The notes: generated from the sequence alone by a model not told the origin. A stretch of DNA of 64,000 nt from Syntrophales bacterium (GCA_963665615.2 CAXXQE010000006.1:1-64000); one strand, 5' to 3'; positions 1 through 10,103 are shown, counted from the first letter of the stretch. Made by a program: numbers and translations.

Positions 1-722
1 TTGTCATAACCGGCATTGAAATGAAAAGGTGAAAGGCGCTCGTTCCTGATGATGATGACGCTTTCCCCCGGGTTGTCCCCCGGCTGGATATCGAGCTTTG
101 CGTTATTGGAGGCCAATCGGTTGATCTGATCGATCCCCTGCTCGAGATCGCGCAAATTCAGCACCCTGCCCTCGACCAGCGGAAACGCGTTGCCCTTCGA
201 CACGCTCGCCTTGTTTCCATCTTCAATCCGGATTGACTGGACTTTTCCTTCAATGACCGTGATCTCCAAGCGTCCTGAAGACAAGTCCTGTGAGGGAAGA
301 TAGGCGCGGGTCGTCACGTAGCCGCGGATAATGTACGCCTTTGTGATCTCGCCAAGAATCGTCTCGATCTCCGGGACCCCCAGGCATTGATTCAGAAATC
401 GGGCCCGGATCTCCTTCTGCACGGACTCTGGCAAGTGCTTCGCCCCGGTGATAACGATTTCCTTGATGACATGACACTCTTTGACCGCCGTTGGCGCTTC
501 TGACTTGGGAACCAGCTTGCGGGTATCTGTTCCCTCAGGCGCTGTTTCGCCCGGTTGCACGCGCTTCAAATCCATGCGCAAGCGCTCTTGCTCAAGACGC
601 TGTATCGCTTCGGCCTGCCGCCTGGCTGCTTCAATATCGGCAGGTGTCTGCGCCGCCGCGATACTCCCCAATGCAAGCCCCAATATCCCTAACAAGACCA
701 TCCCCAGGACAACGCGCTTCAT
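1..722 (-). CDS. ShlB/FhaC/HecB (TpsB/CdiB) two-partner secretion outer-membrane transporter, partial (runs off window start)
   Basis: Not in ORF track. My translation from ATG 722 (GGAGG upstream) gives signal peptide MKRVVLGMVLLGILGLALGSIAAA and POTRA motifs GYVTTRAYLPSQDLSSGRLEITVIEG and LNLRDLEQGIDQINRL. Confidence 0.9.
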   Translation of the reverse strand, partial: MKRVVLGMVLLGILGLALGSIAAAQTPADIEAARRQAEAIQRLEQERLRMDLKRVQPGETAPEGTDTRKLVPKSEAPTAVKECHVIKEIVITGAKHLPESVQKEIRARFLNQCLGVPEIETILGEITKAYIIRGYVTTRAYLPSQDLSSGRLEITVIEGKVQSIRIEDGNKASVSKGNAFPLVEGRVLNLRDLEQGIDQINRLASNNAKLDIQPGDNPGESVIIIRNERLSPFHFNAGYD

Positions 723-1416
723 CATTCCTCCGAATCCGTTCAGGTTATGTACCATCAAATGTAGTTTTTCGGACTGTTAACGATTCCGGGCAACCGGATC
801 ACTGACTGGATCGCCAGGACTTATCGGGCAGTATGTCGCACCATCGCCAGTCTCTTGTTAAAGACCTGCGTATGGGTTAAGCCGTCCACAATCGAAAGGA
901 CGGGCTGATGTCCGGATTATTCGCGCTCACAACTCAACCTTCATTCCGGCAACAGTATTTTCTATAATGGCCTGATTTACATGCGCCCTGCGGCTCAAAT
1001 GCCGGGAGCGCGTGGTCTCGCCGTATTGATCGAGGCGTTTCGTTTTTTTGGGTGAGACAGAAGAAATTACAGCCGATGAAGCCCGCCATCTTATTAGAGG
1101 TAGTCGGGGCTTCAAAGGGCCATGGGGATGACATAATCGGGCGCTCTGAGGAACAATATGTTTATGTCCAAAGCGAGACGATGAACGCCGCCCAAGTCCT
1201 GATTTTCTCAACTGTAATCTTGAGTTAAATAATGGTGATTAGAGAAGATTGTCAAGCGGATTTTTGAGCAGGCCGGCATGGAGGGGGAGTACTAAAGGCA
1301 AAGGGAACATTCGCTCTCCAGACATACGCCGTTTAAGAGGGACTGCACCTCTTTGAAGCCTTATCGCATTTTGAATTTCGCCTGTGCCCATGCGAGCTTG
1401 TCGTATGGGCGGTCGT

Positions 1417-3384
1417 TTAGAAACGCCTCCCGAACTTGAACATCAGGTCATATTGCAGGCTGGTGATCTTCATATCGATGCTATAGGCAGGATCGCCGGA
1501 GTCTATCTCCAGCAAAGTGCCGTCAGTGGTGTAGTACAGAAAATTCAGGCGGGCGCCTGCGAACCAGTCACCGGCAAAGGTATAAACGCCATCCAGCGTT
1601 GCTTTGAAGGCCCATCCGTGGGCTTCCCCCCAAGAAATACGGTCCCGCAACAGATGGTTGTCGCGATTGCTTGTCATGACGTAGGGAGACCCCCCGAAAC
1701 TGCCGGACCATTCAAAACGACCCAGCTTCGATTTGACCGCCAACTCCAGATAGGGCATACTCAGCCACCCTTCGTATTGCCCGACCATTCCGCCCAAAAT
1801 ATCCGGCGTACCGCCAGACGCCGGGTACGTCTGAACCGCATTGCAGGCATCCCAGTTGTATTTCTGGTAGATGAATCCGATCCCGACGCCAATGCCGAGA
1901 GACTTGTCCTCTCGATAGTGCCGATCGATGAACCAGTAGCGCAGCCCCAGATCGACGCCATACCCCTGAAAATCAACCGAGCTTTCAGAATAGATATCGG
2001 TAATATCCGTATTGTAGATCCAGTCGGAATCTTCCATTTGGCCGTCAAACGAGTTTGTCAGGTTATGATAGGCGGAGGCTCTGAACTCCCAATGTTGAAA
2101 GACCCGCCACTCGGCGCCCACTTCCCCCATCATGGCATTGATGGGCCACTTCAGTTCGCTGATAGGAAAATGGGACTCACCCTCTGTTCCTCCTTGAATA
2201 TCGACGTAGTGTCCCCCGATCTGGTACGTCACATCTCCGAACTTGGCGCCGACAGCGGTCCACATCGTCAGACGTTCGTTGCGATAGGTGGCATAACGCC
2301 TATCGAGAACAGAGACATTACGGTCCACTTCCAAATAAGCCACCCCTCCCCCCTTCATGGCCGTCATTTCGGTCACTGTAGCGGGCACGTCCTTTATCGC
2401 GCTATAATGCCCCTTGCCCGCATCGGCCCAGCGTCCAACCGCAGCGGAGCCGGACGCCTTCTGATGTCCCAGAGCGTAGAGTGACTGGCTGTCCGAAGAC
2501 CAGGAGACGGATTCGATCTTGCCTCCGGCAAAGCGGGCAATATTGGGAGAATAAAGATAGGACAGATCCGCGGCCGACAGGACATCGACCCGTTCACTAT
2601 CCGAAAATGTCATTGCCAGGCGCGAGCCATCCGGGCTCAGGCTGATCGTTGCAGGACAACCACCCTTGTCGATCTGTACGTTCTTGATCTCATGAAGGTT
2701 CCTATCGTAGAGCCGCACCACGCCGTCCGCCGATGCGGATATCAATCGGTCGTCGTTCAGATATGCCACGGCCGCGATGTCGCCCGAAATCTTCGAATCC
2801 CTAAAAATCCTCTCGGGTTCCATCGTAATGTCTTCAATCTCGCTGAACCGTTTCAGCGCCTCTTTTTCCTGCGCGCTCAGATCGGGATGGATCGTATAAG
2901 CATAAGTCACGGTCAGCGGTTTCATTTGAAAGACCTGGAGCGATCTTTCTCCTGCGGTAGCGACGGCGAGCAGCCGGCCGTCCCGGGAAAAGGCAAGGGC
3001 CCGCACGTCACCTGGCAGATCCTTGATCCGTGCGTAAAGCCGCCCATCCGTTCCATAGAGATACAGGGGCGGTCTCTTCCCCGAATGCCCCTGGGAGCGT
3101 CCGCCGACTGCCACGATAAAGGACACGGGATTGACGGCCAGGGCGCCGATCGCAGTGTTGTCCGTCTCGACCGCGGGAAGGCTCAGGGTGCTGACGAGTT
3201 GATGTTTCTGGAGATCGTAGATCTGGAGGGTGTTTCCGGCGCCGACCGCCATATATTGGCTGTTGGGGTCTGCTGCTGAAACCTTGACGGGGAGAGAACC
3301 ATCGGCGCAGACATTGCCCCCCAAAAGCGCGCCCAGTGCAGTGATAACGAGCAAGATACGATATAAACCGCCTACTTTAGTCAT
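1417..3384 (-). CDS. Secreted WD40/beta-propeller protein fused to C-terminal omptin-family outer-membrane protease
   Basis: Signal peptide; WD40-like repeats (LAFSRDGRLLAVA, ISASADGVVRLYD, LSPDGSRLA, VSWSSDSQSLYA); omptin-like motifs ISELKW, GQMEDSDW and DNH; C-terminal Phe. Confidence 0.8.
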   Translation of the reverse strand: MTKVGGLYRILLVITALGALLGGNVCADGSLPVKVSAADPNSQYMAVGAGNTLQIYDLQKHQLVSTLSLPAVETDNTAIGALAVNPVSFIVAVGGRSQGHSGKRPPLYLYGTDGRLYARIKDLPGDVRALAFSRDGRLLAVATAGERSLQVFQMKPLTVTYAYTIHPDLSAQEKEALKRFSEIEDITMEPERIFRDSKISGDIAAVAYLNDDRLISASADGVVRLYDRNLHEIKNVQIDKGGCPATISLSPDGSRLAMTFSDSERVDVLSAADLSYLYSPNIARFAGGKIESVSWSSDSQSLYALGHQKASGSAAVGRWADAGKGHYSAIKDVPATVTEMTAMKGGGVAYLEVDRNVSVLDRRYATYRNERLTMWTAVGAKFGDVTYQIGGHYVDIQGGTEGESHFPISELKWPINAMMGEVGAEWRVFQHWEFRASAYHNLTNSFDGQMEDSDWIYNTDITDIYSESSVDFQGYGVDLGLRYWFIDRHYREDKSLGIGVGIGFIYQKYNWDACNAVQTYPASGGTPDILGGMVGQYEGWLSMPYLELAVKSKLGRFEWSGSFGGSPYVMTSNRDNHLLRDRISWGEAHGWAFKATLDGVYTFAGDWFAGARLNFLYYTTDGTLLEIDSGDPAYSIDMKITSLQYDLMFKFGRRF

Positions 3385-3599
3385 GTTCTCTCCGTTTGTC
3401 GCATATTAGTGAACGAAAAAGCATGACGCCGATTGTTTCACATAACCAGCGCGAGGTTTCCGTCAACAGCTACCGTCTGTTATCGGAAGCGAATGCAAAT
3501 TCTTGATACATCATTTGTGGTTTTTTTCCTACATTTTTTCGCATGAAAATAAGCGTAATCCAACATAGGAGATTCCCCAAAAAAGACTTAAAGATGCGC

Positions 3600-3652
3600 C
3601 GCTCGCTTACGCCGCAGCAATCAGCGGGGCATGCGAGCGCTAAAGAATTCAA
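3600..3652. repeat. Palindromic dispersed element, copy 1
   Basis: 38/53 nt ungapped identity with 43510-43562; CGCTCGC...GCAGCA...GCG...ATTCAA with internal dyad symmetry. Confidence 0.5.
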
Positions 3653-3654
3653 GC

Positions 3655-3800
3655 GGTGGGCGCCCAAGAATGATTCGTCCAGGCAAATACGAATTGCCTT
3701 GAGAAAACGGTTCACCGTGTTGCAGTGCAGATCTGTCCATTTTGAAATTGGAGCGGCTTCTAAATTCAGCAAAAACAGCTCTAATGATTCATGATATGCT
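3655..3800 (-). mobile_element. IS1595-family transposase fragment (N-terminal part, internally deleted)
   Basis: Translates LNLEAAPISKWTDLHCNTVNRFLKAIR..DESFLGA; 3689-3775 is identical to 29087-29173 in the longer IS copy. Confidence 0.75.
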
Positions 3801-4187
3801 TTTTGAAGATAGATAATCTTTTCTGCCAGTTAGGTTGACGTTTGAAGAGTTTTGTTTTGAGGGCATGGTTTACCAGGAATTGATCAAATCTTCCTGGCCA
3901 CGCTGAATGAAGGCTTTTTTCGAATCATGGAATGTCTGCCGGCAACTACCGAAATACCGGCAGGTTTTTGGTACATTCTTAATCTGCTATGCGTAGGAGA
4001 GGACTCGCAGGTTTCCGCTTATGTCCCTTTGAGCTTTCGTCATGCCACGACCGCCCGGGAAAAATGCTGTGCATCTTATCAAAACTGTATCCCGAAGTTG
4101 TGACTTTGATAAATAAGGCGGCGTAAAATGACACATGAAGAGAAAATTTTAGAAATTGAAAAGCACACCCGTTTTTTTAGAAGCTGA

Positions 4188-4394
4188 TTAACCAGCTATT
4201 TCTCGAATCAGAGAAACACCTCCGTCCGCAGATTGCTCAGTCTTCCATTGAATTGAAGGCCCTCGCTTCATTTTTACACAATCGGCCAAATAGAGATTGA
4301 TCAGCGTTTGATACCGTATCTCATTTTCATGGGCAAGAGCCTTAAAATAATCTACGATATTTTTATCGAGACGCATCGTTACTATTTGCTTCAT
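4188..4394 (-). CDS. BrnA-family antitoxin (RHH), orphan, possibly N-terminally shortened
   Basis: VTMRLDKNIVDYFK...RYQTLINLYL motif typical of BrnA; no BrnT ORF adjacent. Confidence 0.7.
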   Translation of the reverse strand: MKQIVTMRLDKNIVDYFKALAHENEIRYQTLINLYLADCVKMKRGPSIQWKTEQSADGGVSLIREIAG

Positions 4395-4489
4395 TTTTTA
4401 TGTCTACCTTCTTTTTACTTAAGTATACTGTTGCATAATAGCCCTTTTTAAGAATAGCTGATTAACTTAAGCAATACCCCCAGCGGGTT

Positions 4490-5323
4490 TTATCCCGCTG
4501 ACCGTTTCAGCCCGAGGATCTCTCTGGCATCGTCAGAGGTAGCAACCGCTCGATTCGCTTCTTTTACAATCCGGACGGCTCTTTCTACAAATTCAACATT
4601 GGAAGCCGCCAACCGGTTTTTGGCAAACAGGACATTGTCTTCCATCCCGACACGCACATGGCCTGCCATGGCAATGGCCGCCAGTTGAATGGGAAGGTGA
4701 CCTGCCCCGATGCCGAAAGCCGACCAAGTTGATCCCGGAGGTATCAGACTTTTCAGATAGACCAGGTTTTCTACAGTTGCAGCGCTTCCTCCCGCTGCGC
4801 CGAGACAAAATTGGAAGTGCATCGGCGCCTTTAGCACCCCCTTCTTATGATAGTATAACGCGTTATATATAAAGCTCGCGTCGAACACCTCGATTTCCGG
4901 TTTGATGCCGTTTTCCTGCATAACTACGCCGAGATTCTCCAAGAAGGCAGGCGGGTTCAGGAAAAGCCCCGCGTGCATCCAGTTCATGGAATTGGCATCG
5001 TAAGACGCCATCTCCGGCTTCAACTCAATCAGATGAGCCATCCTCTTTTCTTCCGTGACCTCGAACTCTCCGGAAGTGGTGCAGTTAATAACGATGCCGC
5101 ACTTCTTTTGCTTGATTAATGAGATCGTTTCCCTGAACTTCTCCTTATCCATGGTCCCATTGCCCTTGTCATCCCGCATATGCAGATGACATATGGCTGC
5201 CCCCGCTTGCCAGCAGTTAAAAACATCTTCGGCAATTTCTGGTGGCGTCATGGGAATATTTGGATTATCCCCTTTTTTCGGCCACATTCCCGTCGGCGCT
5301 ACAGTAATGATGCATTTTTCCAT
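4490..5323 (-). CDS. Beta-keto acid cleavage enzyme (BKACE/DUF849, Kce family); candidate triacetate acetoacetate-lyase
   Basis: IITVAPTG, AGAAICHLHMRD (HxH metal motif), KPEIEVFD, GHVRVGMEDN. Confidence 0.9.
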   Translation of the reverse strand: MEKCIITVAPTGMWPKKGDNPNIPMTPPEIAEDVFNCWQAGAAICHLHMRDDKGNGTMDKEKFRETISLIKQKKCGIVINCTTSGEFEVTEEKRMAHLIELKPEMASYDANSMNWMHAGLFLNPPAFLENLGVVMQENGIKPEIEVFDASFIYNALYYHKKGVLKAPMHFQFCLGAAGGSAATVENLVYLKSLIPPGSTWSAFGIGAGHLPIQLAAIAMAGHVRVGMEDNVLFAKNRLAASNVEFVERAVRIVKEANRAVATSDDAREILGLKRSAG

Positions 5324-5564
5324 TCCTGCTCACCTCGCACTTGTTACATCGGTCCGTCTTTGTAAACCCTGCCAAGATGCCTATCAATTTTTGGCAACTG
5401 CAAGGGCGACGGCATGTTCGTCATCATAAGACAATGGGCTATGAATACACTTCGTGCCTATTGGCTTCGCAGTGGCTTTTGCAGCACCGGCAAGCGAAAC
5501 ATCAGGCTTGTAAGGAAATTACGCAGACCTCCTTTATCGGCCCCGGGCCATATCCGACGCAGAG

Positions 5565-7289
5565 CTAGTCTGCTTTCAAGGATGGTCCGACATACCCCCA
5601 TGAGTCTGCCGCGCCATTCGGATCGAGGGCATCCTTTATCCGGTGCATCCAGAGGTGATAGTTATATATACCTGGCCCGATTTCGTCGATTCCCTCGCCT
5701 ATGAATTCAAGGGACGGAGGATAATGGTGCGCGATACAGGCCCTGGAAGCCTGGTGGGCAAACTTCGCTCCGGCTTCATTCGACGCCTGATTTTTCGGAT
5801 TGTACAGATAGATCGTTTCGAGGTATCCGATATGTCCCGCCTCGTAGGTGCCGCCGCAGCCCATATCTTCGCCGTCGTCGACGATGGTTCCTGCTTTCTG
5901 AAATTCCCTCTTCATGGCATTGGCAAGGTCGTTTTGATTCATGCCGACGTCCCAGCAATCCATCGACCCCATGGTGGTCGACATGCCCGCTGCGGGACGG
6001 AAACTTCCCTGAGCGTTGTTTGCATGGCGGCAGTGGAGCATAAACATAAGAGAGACTAACTTCTTCACTTCCGCCTTCTTAGCGGGGAGCTTATCGATCA
6101 TGGTCTGGACAAAGGGCGCCTTCTTTGCAAACGCCATCGGGTTCCCAATAAGGGCAAAAAGACCTTGGAGCGCCTTCATGAGCAGCGGGGGGGTATCCTG
6201 CAGCGGAAGCCTAAGCCCTCCGCAGTCCTTCACGATCTTTTTGAGGGCCTTAACCTTCCAGTCATACTCGGCCTGTGAGCCGCCCACGATGGTCATCTGG
6301 ATGCCATAAGCCATGAGCTTTTGCATAACCCCCGTCTCCCAGAGAGGAATAAAATCGAAGTTCGACTTGGTACTGTAAACTGCGCAGAAGAAAGCAGGCA
6401 GCCTGAAGTCCGCATAGGGGATGTCGGCCTCTCCCAGTTTGTAAACACCTTCACGGAGGCCTTCCTGACTGCCAAAGACGATGTTGAAGACGCCTATATG
6501 GGGCGGGAGTTCGTCAACCAATTCATAGATCGGGTTCGCACCCTCAATACGCAGGTCCCTAGGCCCATCCCATCTCGTACACTTTACGGCGCATTTCGTG
6601 TAAGCCCCCAGACCGCCAAAGGCGCCGCTGAAGCCGCGTATCAGCCCGTGCAGATTGGGGCCGGGGCCTGCCATGCTGAACCAGCCTGCACCTTCGCCGG
6701 CGCTGCCGATCGTAATTGTCTCACCGGAGGGCATGACCCATTCGAGACCCAACATGTTCCGCGCGGAGTAGCCGCATGAAGGCCCTGTGATGCCCCAGCC
6801 GTATGTTGAGGTAACCGACGCGAGAATCGAATGCTGGCCGCCGCAGGAAACGACTTGCGTGTTCAGCCCCTCCTTCCAGAGCGCATTCTGTAGAATCGCA
6901 GCCTTCACATAGGATTCAACAACAACGACCTGGTTCTTCACATCGAGTTCCACGATGTTGTTCATCCTCTTCAGATCGAGCATGATCGTTTTGGTCGAAC
7001 CCGCCGCCCCGAAATGGGAAACACCGGTGGCAATGGGCTTCAGCATCAGGTCATTCGTATTGCAGAACTGCGTTATGCGGGCAATCTCCTCTGTGGTCTT
7101 CGGCAGGACCACGGCAGCAGGCCTTGGCGCCCACAGTTTTCCTTCATAGTTCAGAACATCCGAGTGAGAGAATAATGCATACGTATCGCGCACACAGGGG
7201 TCAATACTCACATATTTCTCGCCGACGATATCCTGCAGTGCCTTGACATCGTCCGTTTTCAATTCATAAGGGGTATGGTCTACCGGCAT
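5565..7289 (-). CDS. FAD-binding oxidoreductase, VAO/PCMH (GlcD-like) family
   Basis: PAAVVLPKTTEEI, IMLDLKRMNNI, LGLEWVMPSGE, C-terminal IKDALDPNG. Confidence 0.85.
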   Translation of the reverse strand: MPVDHTPYELKTDDVKALQDIVGEKYVSIDPCVRDTYALFSHSDVLNYEGKLWAPRPAAVVLPKTTEEIARITQFCNTNDLMLKPIATGVSHFGAAGSTKTIMLDLKRMNNIVELDVKNQVVVVESYVKAAILQNALWKEGLNTQVVSCGGQHSILASVTSTYGWGITGPSCGYSARNMLGLEWVMPSGETITIGSAGEGAGWFSMAGPGPNLHGLIRGFSGAFGGLGAYTKCAVKCTRWDGPRDLRIEGANPIYELVDELPPHIGVFNIVFGSQEGLREGVYKLGEADIPYADFRLPAFFCAVYSTKSNFDFIPLWETGVMQKLMAYGIQMTIVGGSQAEYDWKVKALKKIVKDCGGLRLPLQDTPPLLMKALQGLFALIGNPMAFAKKAPFVQTMIDKLPAKKAEVKKLVSLMFMLHCRHANNAQGSFRPAAGMSTTMGSMDCWDVGMNQNDLANAMKREFQKAGTIVDDGEDMGCGGTYEAGHIGYLETIYLYNPKNQASNEAGAKFAHQASRACIAHHYPPSLEFIGEGIDEIGPGIYNYHLWMHRIKDALDPNGAADSWGYVGPSLKAD

Positions 7290-7298
7290 ACGTTCCTC

Positions 7299-8720
7299 CT
7301 AAAGTTCGAATTTTCCTGGGTTCAGCACCCGGTTGGGATCAAATATGCCTTTCACCATCTTCAGAAGAGCAGTATTCTTGGGATTGTTATGAAAGACAAT
7401 CTTTTCGGCCGTACCATAGGGACGGCTGAAGAAGGCATGAGCGTTGTTGAGCGCGCGTGCTGCCTCTTCCTCAAGGCGGCGCATCGTCTCAGTCTGGGAC
7501 TCGTCATAAGGCACCATGAATTCGATGTGAACTGAATGGTTCTGCACGACCGGCTGGATATAGATTCCGATTTCGTCCTTTCCCACTTTGTGGTTCGCTG
7601 CGCAGTCGGTAAAGACCTTGATGAACCCGGCCGCTCGATCGAGAGTCGTCATAATGATCATGGAGAGGCAGTTGCCTTTGGGGGCATGTCTCCAATCCTT
7701 TTCACCGCATGGCGTCGTCGCGGCTCTGAGGAGATCACTGGCTGCAAGGTCGCCAACGGATGTTTCTAGCGCCAGCTTATCGCGTGATGCAATCTTTTTG
7801 ATGTCGTCTTCCTGGTACTTAAGGCGCTCTTTCGGATAGATATCAAACCCGGCGATATTCTGCAGACAGATGAACTCTGGAAGTCCCCTCTCTGCCCCCG
7901 TGAGCATCTTCGCAGCCGTCCTGTTCAGAATGAAAGAGTGTTCCCCCCATAACGCTCGTTGCACGTCATATACATAGGGGGTCAGGGCCTCGAGACTGCC
8001 GCCCAGAAGATAAGTCTTCTCAATGGTCGGCTTGATCTCGCAGCGCAAGCTGATCCATGTGGCGATGCCAATGCTGCCCTGAGAACCCTGAACGAGACGC
8101 TGATAGTCTGTGGCTGACGGACCCAGCGGGCCTTTGTGGCAAACGCCCCCTTTGCGCTGTTCTTCGATGGTTCCAGTCGCCCCGGCAGAACCGGTCCTGA
8201 ACTGATCGCCGGTGCCGAAAATGAGCTCCGTGCTCCCCACAGGGTCCTGACTGTCCCACTGTACCCGTGGCCATAACGTTGGTTCTCTGTCCATCATCGC
8301 CGCAAGAACGCTCTTGCCGGAACGAGGCGCAAGCGGTGTCGGGATCGTCAGGCCTTCGGCCGCAAGCACTGGGAGGAGTTCTCCATAGGTAACACCGGGC
8401 TCTATGATGCAGACCCGGTTTCTCCGCTGGACCCAGGGAATTTTCTTCCATGATGAAAGGTCAACAGCGATATGGTCCTGCATGCATGCGATCCCCCCCC
8501 TGAAGTGAGCACCGGTCGAGGAAACGGGGACAAGGGCGAATTTCTTCTCGTTGGCAAGCTTTACAAGCTTTTGAAGCTCATCGAAGTCTTTTGGTTTCAC
8601 CACGTGGGTTGGCTTTGTCTGATCAACAAGCGGGTTAGACACGGCGAACAATGCCAGTTCACTGGGATCTATACTGACGGAAGTTATATTCTTCAGGAAG
8701 CCTGTAAGTTCCATATTCAC
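7299..8720 (-). CDS. FAD-binding oxidoreductase, VAO/PCMH (GlcD-like) family
   Basis: PTHVVKP, IEPGVTYGEL, GSQGSIGI, C-terminal FDPNRVLNPGKF. Confidence 0.85.
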   Translation of the reverse strand: MNMELTGFLKNITSVSIDPSELALFAVSNPLVDQTKPTHVVKPKDFDELQKLVKLANEKKFALVPVSSTGAHFRGGIACMQDHIAVDLSSWKKIPWVQRRNRVCIIEPGVTYGELLPVLAAEGLTIPTPLAPRSGKSVLAAMMDREPTLWPRVQWDSQDPVGSTELIFGTGDQFRTGSAGATGTIEEQRKGGVCHKGPLGPSATDYQRLVQGSQGSIGIATWISLRCEIKPTIEKTYLLGGSLEALTPYVYDVQRALWGEHSFILNRTAAKMLTGAERGLPEFICLQNIAGFDIYPKERLKYQEDDIKKIASRDKLALETSVGDLAASDLLRAATTPCGEKDWRHAPKGNCLSMIIMTTLDRAAGFIKVFTDCAANHKVGKDEIGIYIQPVVQNHSVHIEFMVPYDESQTETMRRLEEEAARALNNAHAFFSRPYGTAEKIVFHNNPKNTALLKMVKGIFDPNRVLNPGKFEL

Positions 8721-8721
8721 C

Positions 8722-10029
8722 TCACCTCTTCAGATCTGCCGCATCATAGACAAGGTCGATGATGTCGAGCACCTGTATCTTTTTGATTGATTCGTCTCCC
8801 TGTCTCGCGTTCTTCGTCAGGTGCTTTTCACAGTGGGGACAGGCCGTGACAAGATTCTGAGCGCCTGTGTCCCGCGCCTCTTCGAGACGGTAAAGAGCGG
8901 TCGTATTACTCATTTCGGGGTTCGTGTCGGGCGCTCCACCACCCGCGCCGCAGCAAAAAGCATACTCACGAGTGCGCCACATCTCATTGAAAGTAAGGCC
9001 CTTGATCGCTTTCAGAATCGCCCGAGGAGGATCGAAGACGCCATTGATACCCCTGTAGACGGTCTTCGGGGGATCGGTGTAGTTCATCTGTCCAAGCGTG
9101 GTTTTCTCCTCCCCATTCCATGGCTCCCGGGGCTCATTCTGGCGGCCCAAATAGCAGGGATCGTGGTACGTGACCGTGGTATTGACAGCCTTATTCAACT
9201 TCAGTTTTCTCTTGTCAATGAGCTGGGACAGGAGTTCTGTAGCATGAAGGACTTTCGCCTTCGGTTTGCTCCCATAGAGATCATACTTGGTGCGAAACGC
9301 CCCATGACATGAGCCGCAGGCTACAACGATCGTTTCAACGCCGCACCGGTCTAATAGTGCAGTGACTTCGGCAGACTGCTTAGTGAAGACATCGCGGAAA
9401 CCCCGCTGCTGAGCAGGAAGACCGCAGCATGGTTCAGCATCTCCCAGGATGCCGAAATCAACATTGGCACTTTGAAGCAGCATCGCGAGCTTGCGAAGCG
9501 TCTGGGCATAGCCGCTATCGATCCGTTGCGCGCAACCCGCATACAGAAGGGTTTTTGCCTTGGCCGCAGGCAGTACCTTGAGCCCGAGACCTTCCGCCCA
9601 TGCGCCGGCGGTACGTTGCACATCGCCTGAGATATTGCCCTTCGTTTTCAGGTTCTCCATCGCCTTGATGTGTGTTTCAGGCACATTGCCTGCGTCAACG
9701 AGACGCTCACGCAGTGCATTGTTTATAAAACTTCTCTCCGCATCCATCACGAACTTGCAGGCTACGTCACAGTAGCCGCAGGACGTGCAGGAGAAGACAA
9801 CCTTGGCTAGACTTGCGTCATCTGCCATAATCCTACCGTCCAGCAGAGAAAGGGCCATTACGCTCTGGCCACCGCCCGAATAGGCGTGATAATGATAAAA
9901 ATGGTTAACAGGGCAGTTGTCTGTGTATTCGGATTTGACCGCTGTCGGCAAGGGTACCATCTTGCATAAAGAACACCGAAAGCACATCATCATATCACCT
10001 TTCAGTCGGTCGAGCCGGGTGACTTCCAT
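8722..10029 (-). CDS. Fe-S oxidoreductase with 4Fe-4S dicluster and two CCG domains (HdrD/GlcF-like)
   Basis: CFRCSLC, CTSCGYCDVAC, PCCG, YHDPCYLGR, CCGAGGG, TACPHC. Confidence 0.9.
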   Translation of the reverse strand: MEVTRLDRLKGDMMMCFRCSLCKMVPLPTAVKSEYTDNCPVNHFYHYHAYSGGGQSVMALSLLDGRIMADDASLAKVVFSCTSCGYCDVACKFVMDAERSFINNALRERLVDAGNVPETHIKAMENLKTKGNISGDVQRTAGAWAEGLGLKVLPAAKAKTLLYAGCAQRIDSGYAQTLRKLAMLLQSANVDFGILGDAEPCCGLPAQQRGFRDVFTKQSAEVTALLDRCGVETIVVACGSCHGAFRTKYDLYGSKPKAKVLHATELLSQLIDKRKLKLNKAVNTTVTYHDPCYLGRQNEPREPWNGEEKTTLGQMNYTDPPKTVYRGINGVFDPPRAILKAIKGLTFNEMWRTREYAFCCGAGGGAPDTNPEMSNTTALYRLEEARDTGAQNLVTACPHCEKHLTKNARQGDESIKKIQVLDIIDLVYDAADLKR

Positions 10030-10103
10030 ATCGATTGCCTCCTTTTATCTCATTTATCTTGTCTATACTTTTTCCAATTAAATAAAAAAGCAAACAGCCT
10101 TAT

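Noticed and set aside
1384..2484. 366-aa + strand ORF
   Set aside because: Antisense shadow of the WD40-omptin gene; no recognisable motifs
3465..3482. ops-like GACGGTAGCTG (minus strand) upstream of the omptin fusion
   Set aside because: Deviates from the GGCGGTAG consensus and is too short to support
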